From the NCBI GenBank assembly GCA_002269645.1, contig NIVC01002766.1, positions 1 through 64,000 on the forward strand: 64,000 bases of DNA, given 5' to 3'. A model generated the notes under the pieces. It did not search any database. It had not been told where the DNA came from and saw nothing but the letters and a program-made list of their open reading frames with translations. The number at the start of each line of letters is the position of its first letter. The first letter of the stretch is position 1. Source of the stretch: Macrostomum lignano (Eukaryota). Shown in pieces: positions 11,273 through 21,769 of the stretch. Made by a program: the position numbers and the translations under genes.

Positions 11273-11458
11273 GTGCACCTGGACCGGGCCAACCAGAGTG
11301 CCGTGAATCACAAGTTGGACACCTTCGTGTCTGTCTATGGCGGCCTCACCGTCAAGCAAATGATCTTTGAATTCACAGAGAGCACCCTGGGAGGTGGCGT
11401 TAGCAACTGCCTTGTTAGCAACCGTGGCCGGTCGATGTCTGAAAGAGACACTCACTAA
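11273..11458 (+). pseudogene. RPS7: Terminal exon of ribosomal protein eS7 (RPS7); orphan or degenerate, or remainder of gene lies upstream of the window
   Basis: After a branch-like tactgac and a tttctctag acceptor it reads VHLDRANQSAVNHKLDTFVSVYGGLTVKQMIFEF, matching the eS7 C-terminus (VHLDK.QQ..VEHK..TF..VYKKLTGKDV.FEF). The conserved KKLTG is altered to GGLTV. Confidence 0.7.
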
Positions 11459-11692
11459 TATAGTGAATGAACTAATTGAATAAGTCAATACAAATGAATA
11501 ATTAGCTTTAGCTCAGTTTGAATGGTGCAATGTCCCAATTTTGAGACGTTTCTGGATGAAAAACATTGCTTTCTTCGCTATTGCGACTTTCGCCTTTTAT
11601 TTTCTCAGACCATGCACCACTGTGAATGTGCCACTAATTGATAAGGGGTAGATAGAATATAACAGCCATGATGGGATAGCATGGATAAAACA

Positions 11693-12533
11693 GTCAGAGA
11701 ACAGGAAGAGAGTGACAGAGAACAGGAAGGGAGTGACAGAGAACAGGAAGGGAGCGACAGAGAACAGGAAGGGAGTGACAGAGAACAGGAAGAGAGTGAC
11801 AGAGAACAGGAAGGGAGTGACAGAGAACAGAAAGGGAGTGACAGAGAACAGAAAGGGAGCGACAGAGAACAGGAAGGGAGTGACAGAGAACAGGAAGGGA
11901 GTGACAGAGAACAGAAAGGGAGTGACAGAGAACAGAAAAGGAGCGACAGAGAACAGGAAGAGAGTGACAGAGAACAGGAAGGGAGTGACAGAGAACAGAA
12001 AGGGAGTGACAAAGAACAGAAAGGGAGCGACAGAGAACAGGAAGGGAGTGACAGAGAACAGGAAGGGAGTGACAGAGAACAGAAAGGGAGTGACAGAGAA
12101 CAGAAAAGGAGCGACAGAGAACAGGAAGAGAGTGACAGAGAACAGGAAGGGAGTAACAGAGAACAGAAAAGGAGCGACAGAGAACAGGAAGAGAGTGACA
12201 GAGAACAGGAAGGGAGTGACAGAGAACAGGAAGGGAGTGACAGAGAACAGGAAGGGAGTGACAGAGAACAGGAAGAGAATGACGGAGAACAGAAAGGGAG
12301 TGACAGAGAACAGAAAAGGAGCGACAGAGAACAGGAAGAGAGTGACAGAGAACAGGAAGGGAGTGACAGAGAACAGGAAGGGAGTGACAGAGAACAGGAA
12401 GGGAGTGACAGAGAACAGGAAGGGAGTGACAGAGAACAGGAAGAGAGTGACAGAGAACAGGAAGGGAGTGACAGAGAACAGGAAGGGAGTGACAGAGAAC
12501 AGGAAGGGAGTGACAGAGAACAGAAAGGGAGTG
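11693..12533 (+). repeat. 21-bp GA-rich minisatellite (gagtgacagagaacaggaagg)
   Basis: Direct tandem array; source of the VTENRKG/DREQEGS pseudo-ORFs. Confidence 0.97.
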
Positions 12534-12895
12534 AAAACGTGTGTCACATCTGTCGCCAAACAGATGTGTCACAGATGTGTCACAGTGGCAGCACTAAATT
12601 TCCTGTTTATTAACTAAGCAGACTTTGCAAAAGCAATAAAATATTTTCTCTAACTAGCAGAGGCAGCCCAGCTGAGCGACGCATTGGTGGAATAAAATGG
12701 GATTTTTTGTGCCTTGCATTTGTCTGCCGAAATCCTGATTGCTTTTGACGAAATAAACATTATTTCGCTCTCCACACCTGCACCTTAACTATTCCACTGA
12801 ATACGGTAATTGCTGTTATGCTACTCCGCTTGGGATGCCTACACGATGGGGAGAAATCGTTGCTGCGCGTGGCGAAGGAAAATAGCAACTGGTAG
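12534..12895 (+). repeat. ~360-bp non-tandem spacer of a dispersed module (copy 1)
   Basis: The same sequence (gtgtgtcacatctgtcgcc...gaggcagcccagctgag...gggatgcctacacgatggggagaaatcg) recurs at 22200-22568(-), 24457-24830(-), 28189-28860, 30524-30868, 32466-32810 and partially at 37700-37825. Confidence 0.9.
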
Positions 12896-13868
12896 TTTTT
12901 GTGGAATTGTGCAACTCTGCTTCTGGTAGTTCTGATGGGAATTGTGCAACTCTGCTTCTGGTAGTTCTGAGGAGTATTGTGCAACTCTGCTTCTGGTAGT
13001 TCGGAAGGGAATTGTGCAGCTGTGCTTCTGGTAGTTCTGAGGGGAATTGTGCAGCTGTGCTTCTGGTAGTTCTGAAGGGAATTGTGCAGCTGTGCTTCTG
13101 GTAGTTCTGAGGGGAATTGTGCAGCTGTGCTTCTGGTAGTTCTGAGGAGTATTGCGCAACTCTGCTTTTGGTAGTTCTGAGGGGAATTGTGCAACTTTTC
13201 TTCTGGTAGTTCTGAGGGGAATTGTGCAACTCTGCTTCTGGTAGTTCGGAAGGGAATTGTGCAGCTGTGCTTCTGGTAGTTCTGAGGGGAATTGTGCAGC
13301 TGTGCTTCTGGTAGTTCTGAAGGGAATTGTGCAGCTGTGCTTCTGGTAGTTCTGAGGGGAATTGTGCAGCTGTGCTTCTGGTAGTTCTGAAGGGAATTGC
13401 GCAACTCTGCTTCTGGTAGTTCTGAGGGGAATTGTGCAGCTGTGCTTCTGGTAGTTCAGAGGAGTATTGCGCAACTCTGCTTCTGGTAGTTCTGAGGGGA
13501 ATTGTGCAGCTGTGCTTCTGGTAGTTCTGAGGGGAATTGTGCAGCTGTGCTTCTGGTAGTTCTGAGGAGTATTGTGCAACTCTGCTTCTGGTAGTTCAGA
13601 GGAGTATTGTGCAACTCTGCTTCTGGTAGTTCTGAGGAGTATTGTGCAACTCTGCTTCTGGTAGTTCTGAGGAGTATTGTGCAACTCTGCTTCTGGTAGT
13701 TCTGAGGAGAATTGTGCAACTTTGCTTCTGGTAGTTCTGAGGAGAATTGTGCAACTCTGCTTCTGGTAGTTCTGAGGGGAATTGTGCAGCTGTGCTTCTG
13801 GTAGTTCTGAGGGGAATTGTGCAGCTGTGCTTCTGGTAGTTCTGACAGAATTGTGCAGCTGTGCTTCT
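12896..13868 (+). repeat. 35-bp minisatellite (ttctggtagttctgaggggaattgtgcaactctgc)
   Basis: Period 35 read directly (e.g. 13026, 13061). Confidence 0.97.
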
Positions 13869-14090
13869 TAAGGTGGTGAAGCTCTGCTAAAAAATAGTCT
13901 TGAGCCTGATAATTAAGTGTGGAATTTGTTTGGAAAAATCCTATCTTCTGAGCGGGACTGGATAATTGTTCTGAGGTAATTGGTCTTTAAGCGCTGCAGC
14001 TTGCTTATAAAAGACGGCCTGGTTTTCTTTTTTAGAATAAGAAAACAACCGGGTTTTTTGCATCTAAATTATAATCTGTTGTTAGCAGCA

Positions 14091-17000
14091 ATGCAAAAGA
14101 GCGGAAGTATTAAGGTGAATTTCGGTAAGTGCTCTGTAGCCGACAAAACAGATTTTATTACACCAAATTATTGCCCTAAATCGCCACAGATCTGTGCACT
14201 CGCATCTTTGTAGATGATTTTCAACTTTCGGCCCAAATACTTAATTCCGTGAGGCGGCCGGGCAAGGTCAAGTGGTTCGATGTCGCTCGAGGCTTCGGCT
14301 TCATCCTGCCGGACGACCGAGGTCGGAATGTCTTCGTGCATCAGGTGTGCTGCGGCGGGGCTTGAGTAGCCCTCGGTTGCTATGGGGTTTCGTTGAGTAG
14401 TTTTGGTTGTCGAGCGTTTCAATTTTTTGTATTAGGTTTGATTGCTATGGTGTCTCTTTGAGAAAGTTTGGTTGCTATGGGGTTTTCTTGAGTCGGTTTT
14501 TTCTTGTTATGGCTTTCCTTGAGTAGTTTTTTATTAGGTTTGATTGCTGTTGTTTTCTTGAGCCGTGAGTAGGTGTGGTTGCTATGGGGCTTCCTTGAGT
14601 AGGTTTGGTTGCAATGGAGTTTCTTTCAGTAGGTTTAGTCGCTATGTGGTTTTCTTGAGTAGTTTTGGTTGCAATGGAGTTTCTTTCAGTAGGTTTAGTC
14701 GCTATGTGGTTTTCTTGAGTAGTTTTGGTTGCAATGGAGTTTCTTTCAGTAGGTTTAGTCGCTATGTGGTTTTCTTGAGTAGTTTTGGTTGCAATGGAGT
14801 TTCTTTCAGTAGGTTTAGTCGCTATGTGGTTTTCTTGAGTAGTTTTGGTTGCAATGGAGTTTCTTTCAGTAGGTTTAGTCGTTATGTGGTTTTCTTGAGT
14901 AGGTTTGGTTGCAATGGAGTTTCTTTCAGTAGGTTTAGTCGCTATGTGGTTTTCTTGAGTAGTTTTGGTTGCAATGGAGTTTCTTTCAGTAAGTTTAGTC
15001 GCTATGTGGTTTTCTTGAGTAGTTTTGGTTGCTATTTCACTGGTACATCTTGGAGTTCCACCAAATCTAACAGCATCCCTCTTGAATCTCCATCAAGTCC
15101 GCCATCTGCATGCCGGGATTTCGAAACCTCTGTCCTGATGAGCTGGTGGAGTTTGAGACCCGGGCAGCCGAGAAGGGCCTGGAGGCTCGTCTGGTCACCG
15201 GACCCGGCGGGGTTCCGTGCCGCGGCGCCGAGAACGTCGGGCAGAGACGGATGCTGAAGTGAGGCTGAATTGATGAGGCTGCAAGTGTGGGACTGAGATG
15301 TACTTAAATATAATATTTTAACTAGAATTTACTTTAGGGATTCGAATTGGGCTTCTTAAACTAGAAATGAGTGTTATAAAAACTCAAAGTAAGAATTGGG
15401 AAACTCATAGTGAGGATTAGAGAACTCAAAGTGAGGATTATAGAACTCAAAGTGAGGATTAGGGAACTCAAAGTAAGGATTAGGGAACTCAAAGTGAGGA
15501 TTAGGAAACTCAAAGTGAGGATTAGAGAACTCAAAGTGAGGATTAGGGAACTCGAAGTGAGGATTAGGGAACTCAAAGTGAGGATTAGGGAACTCGAAGT
15601 GAGGATTAGGGAACTCAAAGTGAGGATTAGGAAACTCAAAGTGAGGATTAGAGAACTCAAAGTGAGGATTAGAGAACTCAAAGTGAGGATTGGGGAACTC
15701 GAAGTGAGGATTAGGGAACTCAAAGTGAGGATTAGGGAACTCGAAGTGAGGATTAGGGAACTCAAAGTGAGGATTAGGGAACTCAGTGAGGATTAGGGAA
15801 CTCAAAGGGAGGAATAGGGAACTAAAAGTAAGGATTAGGGAACTCAAAGTGAGGAATAAGGAACTCAAAGTGAGGATTAGGGAACTCGAAGTGAGGATTA
15901 GGGAACTCAGTGAGGATTAAGGGAACTAAAAGGGAGGATTAGAGAACTCAAAGTGAGGATTAGGGAACTCAAAGTGAGGATTAGGGAACTCAAAGTGAGG
16001 ATTAGGGAACTCAAAGTGAGGATTAGGGGAACTCAAAGTGAGAAATAGGGAACTAAAATTGAGGATTAGGGAACTCAAAGTAAGGATTAGGGAACTCAAA
16101 GTAAGGATTAGGGAACTCAAAGTGAGGATTGTGTAGTGAGCCGCTAGTTTAGTGTTTGTCAGCAGTCAGCAGCCTCGCCCTGGGTTGCTGTCTGCCGCTG
16201 GTCAGCTTCCCGCCCCCTTGGCCGTCTGTTGCTGCCCTTGGCCTGTTCTGCCCTTCTGCGTCTCTGTTCTCAGCCCTCAGCTTCTCTGCTGTAGGCTGTT
16301 TCTGTTTCGTTCCGGTCCCGTTTTGCTCACATGACAGATCTTGCGTTCTTGGAGTCTTAAAGTGCAGTGAACATGTTTACTGCACTCGTTGGCCCTGTTT
16401 ACCGGGAGAATCGCGTGCTTTCGGACCTCTCCCTTCTCTAAGGAGAGGAGTGACTCATGTTGCTAAAAAAGCAACTGAGTCACAGCCGCGTGTACTCTGG
16501 CCGGAGACCTCAAGTGACGTCAGTTCTAAAAATAGAACGAGTCACGAGGTCTTGCGCGCACTGAGACCCTGCCCCGAGACCTCAAGTGACGTCAGTTCTA
16601 AAAATAGAACGAGTCACGAGGTCTTGCGCGCACTGAGACCCTGCCCCGAGACCTCAAGTGACGTCAGTTCTAAAAATAGAACGAGTCACGAGGTCTTGTG
16701 CGTGGGTGTCTCCCGGCTATAAATAGGACCCCTCTCCACTTGTTTCCGTCAAGGAGGCTTCTTATCTGCGGAGAATCCACTAAGCTCCCGTGTGCGTCAG
16801 TGTCTAACTAAGTGCCCTTTGCGTACACTGAATCTGCTTGTACTGGTCTGACTGAGACCCCACTAAAGCCCAACCTCAAGCCTACGAGAGGCTAACTCAG
16901 CCCTCCCTGAACCAACCAAGCCCGGCAGGTGCTGCTGACGAGACGCCTTGTACGTTGAACTGCAAATCTGCACCCGGTGCTGAGTTCGTTGACTTCGTTA

Positions 17001-20000
17001 TTTCGTTCCGACGGGAAGCTCACCTCATCGAAGGCCGAGACCTGAAAGAACTGGTGGCAGCACTACCTACGCTACCGCTACTAAGAGTTAAGAAGACTTC
17101 CGAGTGAGAAGCCGGAGAGCCCAAGTCACTGCGCTGGACAGCAGGACCCAAGTCACTTCCGTCTCCCGATCGACAACGCGTTGAAGAAGCTGCCCGAGTA
17201 TGCTGATCTGCCCGACTACGTCAAGGACTTTCCAATGTCGCCTGGACGAGGCGACTGAGTTGGCCAAGGAGCGCCTGCATCTGCATCAGCAACTGCGAGA
17301 CGAGCACTACTCGAACCTGCCCGCCAGCAAGAAGCTTCAAGCTGTTGATCTGGTATTTCTCAATAATCCGGCGCTCGAACCGGACGAGGCGGCGAAGTTT
17401 CATCGACCGCGCAAAGCACTGTACGAAGTCGTCGAGCCCAAGGGCGAGGTCGTCTACAAGATTCGACGTAGACTGCCAAACCCGAGAGCTAGACGAGACG
17501 AACTAGTCGTCCATCGCCGGAACCTTCTGCTCGTGCCGGACGCTGACTACACGAGGACTTCCGATCCGGAAGTCGACAAGCCAAAGAAGCGTCGGCGACT
17601 GCCTGACGTTCCCCACGGCGCAGGACCCGCGACCCTGACGCCGATCCCCGAGGACGACCAGGACGACCCTGAAGATGACGAGGATGACGGCTACGACGCA
17701 AGGCCGGCCTTCCGATGGCACTTCCGGCCTTTGGCGATCCCGGAGGTGCAGCCAGGAGGTGGACCGGTCACGACACCAGCGAACCAGCGCAGAAATGCAC
17801 ACTCAACGCTCTGCGAAGCGCACGGAGCGCTCGTCCTCCGAGGAGAGCCAACGCCAGATTCGTCGCCGAGACGCCTTGGCCCCAGGATTTCCCGGCCAAC
17901 CCATTGGCGCGGCCGCTGGCCAGTACGAGCCATTTGGCGGCTCTCGGGATGCGCCCCGCATCCCCCCACAGTATCGAATCGGCTCGCGGCCCAGCAGCCG
18001 GCCGGCGTCACCGCCATTAAGGCCCCGTTCGCCGCCCCCTGAGCGGCGCCCTTCAAGAAGATCGCGCCGCAGGTGCAGGGCTGGACGTCGCCAGACGGAC
18101 CCTGAGGATGGGGTCAGCCGCGCTTTGGCCGAGATTCGCCAACAGGTCGAGCCGAACAAGATCGTAAAACTGCGCGGACAGTGCGTGAGCAACACCCGAC
18201 CGGAGCTGGGGCAGCCTCACCGCCACTGTTTATCGACCTCACCCAGCCAGACACCCCTGTCCGCCGCCTAAAGGTCGAAAAGGTCGAGGACAGTGCTGGC
18301 ATCCAAGACGCCGTGTCACGAGGCACGGCTGCGGTGCGGCGGCAGCTACAACCGCGCCGACCCGAGGCCCCGGCCCCCGCGGCACCTGCGACGGTGCAGG
18401 CGGCCGAACAGCCAGCTCTACAACCGGAGGCACTCGCCGAGGACCGGAAGCCGACAGCGGAAGCCGCTTGTCAGGCGGACCCGCCCCCCGAGGACCGAGC
18501 TCCCGAGACAACCGATTGGTCGGGCCTGGCTACGGACCTCCGCCAAGCTCTCAGCGTCCCTGACTACCCGGCGACAGCGGCCCCGCCCAACTCACCGGAG
18601 CTCCCGACGGCCGCCCCGGACGCGGCCGAGACCGAGCCCGCGGTACAGCGCCAGGCCCCTTCGCTGAGGGACGGTCAGGCAGCGGTCACCCGGTATATTG
18701 AGACCATCTATTACTTGGGCCAGCAACTCACGGCCGCGGCCCAAGTCGGAGTCTTGCCGGACCTGACCGCTTGGCCTCGGTGGGCCGCCGTGAGAGCTCT
18801 CAACGACGAAGACCGACAGCGGCTCATGGATGAAGTCTCCCACCTGGCAGCACCGACGCTCCGCGACCCGCCATACCCCGAAGCGGTGCGCACGACCGCC
18901 CGACTGATCGCGGCGCAAATCGGCGGCCGCACTCCAGAGGTACCGGAGCTCATCCTGCGCTGCGGTGAACCAGGAACTGACTAACTGTGTATGGTGCCGG
19001 CATCCCTAGTGAAATTCTTAGCGCCCTTCTGCTTTAGCGCTCTTGCCATTGCCCGCGCTGCCTGCGTATGCTCAGGCGCAATCTGCGCCTTCCGTTGCGT
19101 TTTGGGCGAATTTTGCCCGTCATTTGACACGTCCCCTAGCAAGTCTGGCGCACTTTTTCCCCCCTTCTTTTATGCCGAATCATTGGGCTCTGCAATTGAC
19201 TCCCGCAACCCACATATTTAGGCGCCTCTTACTCATAACAGGGCCGGCGCCCACCTTTTTCTCCTTTCGTCTTGCCATTAAATTTTGGGGCAGTAATACG
19301 GCTCTCGCCCAGCCGCGCGCGTACGGCCCATAGTGGCCCTCGGTTTTATCATGTCCCTTGCCACCTGCTCAGGTACCCATTTGTCCCCCACGGGCTCTGC
19401 AATTATTTGACGCACCCCGGTATTTAGGTGCCTTTTCTCATGGCGGGCCGGCGCCCCCACATTGCGTTTAATCGCGGCCCTGACCCAGCCCAATCCCGCA
19501 TTAATTTGACAAGCCTGTAACACCTTTTTGCCTAACAAAATATTTTATCTTCGCAGTTTTACCTTTTGAAATAAAGGCGCGCTCTGCCTTCACTCCGCCT
19601 CTTTATTTGAACGGTGAGAGTGTAGTGAGCCGCTAGTTTAGTGTTTGGCGTCCCCCTTTGTTCCCTCGCCCTCGCCCTGGGTTGCTGTCTGCCGCTGGTC
19701 AGCTTCCCGCCCCCTTGGCCGTCTGTTGCTGCCCTTGGCCTGTTCTGCCCTTCTGCGTCTCTGTTCTCAGCCCTCAGCTTCTCTGCTGTAGGCTGTTTCT
19801 GTTTCGTTTCGGTCCCGTTTTGCTCACATGACAGATCTTGCGTTCTTGGAGTCTTAAAGTGCAGTAAACATGTTTACTGCACTCGTTGGCCCTGTTTACC
19901 GGGAGAATCACGTGCTTTCGGACCTCTCCCTTCTCTAAGGAGAGGAGTGACTCATGTTGCTAAAAATAGCAACTGAGTCACAGCCGCGTGTAGTCTGGCC

Positions 20001-21211
20001 GGAGACCTCAAGTGACGTCAGTTCTAAAAATAGAACGAGTCACGAGGTCTTGTGCGTGGGTGTCTCCCGGCTATAAATAGGACCCCTCTCTCCTTGTTTC
20101 CGTCAAGGAGGCTTCTTATCTGCGGAGAATCCACTAAGCTCCCGTGTGCGTCAGTGTCTAACTAAGTGCCCTTTGCGTACACTGAATCTGCTTGTACTGG
20201 TCTGACTGAGACCCCACTAAAGCCCAACCTCAAGCCTACGAGAGGCTAACTCAGCCCTCCCTGAACCAACCAAGCCCGGCAGGTGCTGCTGACGAGACGC
20301 CTTGTACGTTGAACTGCAAATCTGCACCCGGTGCTGAGTTCGTTGACTTCGTTATTTCGTTCCGACGGGAAGCTCACCTCATCGAAGGCCGAGACCTGAA
20401 GGAACTGGTGGCAGCACTACCTACGCTACTAAGAGTTAAGAAGGCTTCCGAGTGAGAAGACGGAGAGCCCAAGTCACTGCGCTGGACAGCAGGACAACCA
20501 CAGGTACAACAATTGGGGAACTCAAAGTGAGGATTCGGGAACTCAGTGAGGATTAGGGAACTCAAAGTGAGGATTAGGGAACTCAAAGTGAGGATTAGGG
20601 GAACTCAAAGTGGGAATTAGGGAACTCAAAGTGAGAATTAGGGAACTTAAAGTGAGGATTAGGGAACTAAAAGGGAGGATTAGGGAGCTCAAAGGGAGAA
20701 TTAGGGGAACTCAAAGTGAGGATTAGGGGAACTCAAAGTGAGGATTAGGGAACTAAAAGTGAGGATTAGGGAACTAAAAGGGAGGATTAGGGAACTAAAA
20801 GGGAGGATTAGGGAACTAAAAGTGAGGATTAGGGAACTAAAAGGGAGAATTAGGGAACTCAAAGTGAGAATTAGGGAACATAAAGTGAGGATTAGGGAAC
20901 TAAAAGGGAGGATTAGGGAACTAAAAGTGAGGATTAGGGAACTCAGTGAGGATTAGGAAACTCTAGGATCTCAGACGGACTGAGGGGCAGCTTGTATTCA
21001 AACAGAAAATAAGATCTCATTTTAGGGCGAACGAGTCTCACCTCCCCGCTAAAGCTCTTATAAGTTTGCTGGTCTGTCGACTCTCCCCAGGTGCTACAAC
21101 TGCGGCCAGGTGTCTGACCACCTCGCCGCCAACTGCCCGCTGGGCCCCCTGCCCAAGTGCTGCTATCGCTGCCGCTCAGTCAACCACCTCGTCAAGGACT
21201 GCCCGTTTTGA
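14091..21211 (+). CDS. lin-28: Lin-28 homolog, copy 1 (CSD + 2 CCHC knuckles), 148 aa
   Basis: Exons 14091-14124, 14214-14344, 15098-15258 and 21091-21211; all GT-AG with consistent phases (1,0,2). Protein [148 protein letters not shown] has the Lin28 hallmarks [22 protein letters not shown] and CYNCG..H....C-P.PK.C..C....H.V..CP. Confidence 0.92.
14214..14344 (+). CDS. lin-28: lin-28 copy 1 exon 2 (CSD RNP1/RNP2)
   Basis: tttgtag acceptor, [19 protein letters not shown], gtgtgc donor. Confidence 0.92.
14590..15035 (+). repeat. 60-bp minisatellite (dimer of two 30-mers) in lin-28 copy 1 intron 2
   Basis: Exact 60-nt periodicity visible line by line. Confidence 0.96.
15098..15258 (+). CDS. 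lin-28: lin-28 copy 1 exon 3 (CSD C-half)
   Basis: [26 protein letters not shown]; aag acceptor, gtgagg donor. Confidence 0.9.
15380..16131 (+). repeat. 21-bp minisatellite (gaactcaaagtgaggattagg) in lin-28 copy 1 intron 3, left part
   Basis: Tandem array; resumes at 20512-20962 after the LTR element. Confidence 0.96.
16132..17147 (+). repeat. 5' LTR (last 16 nt missing; contains three 72-bp repeats)
   Basis: Matches 19621-20495 apart from about 10 substitutions, a substituted 5' block and a 144-bp indel. Confidence 0.9.
16451..16724 (+). promoter_or_regulatory. LTR U3 enhancer/promoter: AP-1 sites, three CRE palindromes, TATA box
   Basis: TGACTCA at 16451, TGAGTCA at 16476, TGACGTCA in each 72-bp unit (units start 16504, 16576, 16648), TATAAAT at 16718-16724. 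Confidence 0.6.
19621..20511 (+). repeat. 3' LTR (891 bp)
   Basis: TG...CA ends; preceded by purine-rich gaacggtgagag (weak PPT); TATAAAT at 20072-20078. Confidence 0.9.
20512..20962 (+). repeat. 21-bp intron-3 minisatellite, right part
   Basis: Continuation of the 15380-16131 array. Confidence 0.95.
21091..21211 (+). CDS. lin-28: lin-28 copy 1 exon 4 (two zinc knuckles)
   Basis: ctctccccag acceptor; CX2CX5HX4C + CX2CX4HX4C; TGA at 21209-21211. Confidence 0.92.
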
Positions 21212-21344
21212 GGCTTTGCCACCGCCCCAGCTGGACCGCCTGCGGCTGCTGCCCAGGGATACAATTGATATTTCTGAGCGAGTGCTTTGGTTGAGCGAGA
21301 GTGAACTTGAAAACTGGTCAAGTTGGCGAATGAATGACAATAAT

Positions 21345-21760
21345 AGCGACAGAAAGGAGAGAGAGTGACAGGAAGGGAGTGACAGAGAACAGGGAGAGTA
21401 AGGAAGACAGTAACAGAGAACAGAAAAAAAGTGACAGAGAACAGAAAAAAAGTGACAGAGAACAGGAAAAGAGTGACAGAGAACAGGAAAAGAGTGACAG
21501 AGAACAGGAAGAGTGACAGAGAACAAGAAGAGAGTGACAGAGAACAGGAAGGGAGTGACAGAGAACAGGAAGAGAGTGACAGAGAACAGGAAAAGAGTGA
21601 CAGAGAACAGGAAGACAGTGACAGAGAACGGAAAGAGTGACAGAGAACAGGAAAAGAGTGACAGAGAACAGGAAGGGAGTGACAGAGAACAGGAAAAAGT
21701 GACAGAGAACAGGAAGGGAGTGACAGAGAACAGGAAGTGTGACTGAAAACAGGAAGAGAA
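21345..21760 (+). repeat. 21-bp GA minisatellite downstream of lin-28 copy 1
   Basis: Starts ~135 nt after the stop codon. Confidence 0.95.
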
Positions 21761-21769
21761 TGACGAATG

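Larger units (their letters stand above)
16132..20511 (+). mobile_element. Internally deleted Ty3/Gypsy LTR retrotransposon inserted in lin-28 intron 3
   Basis: Termini TGTAGT...ACAACA; 4-bp TSD ATTG at 16128-16131 and 20512-20515; LTR-like direct repeats 16132-17147 and 19621-20511. Remnant integrase C-terminus ([36 protein letters not shown]) at ~17170-17540; no gag/PR/RT. Confidence 0.9.

Noticed and set aside
12896-13868. 35-bp repeat as a CRISPR array
   Set aside because: Units are contiguous without unique spacers; eukaryotic context; no cas genes.
16504-16700. Relationship to the SV40 72-bp enhancer
   Set aside because: Same period only; no sequence similarity that I can see.
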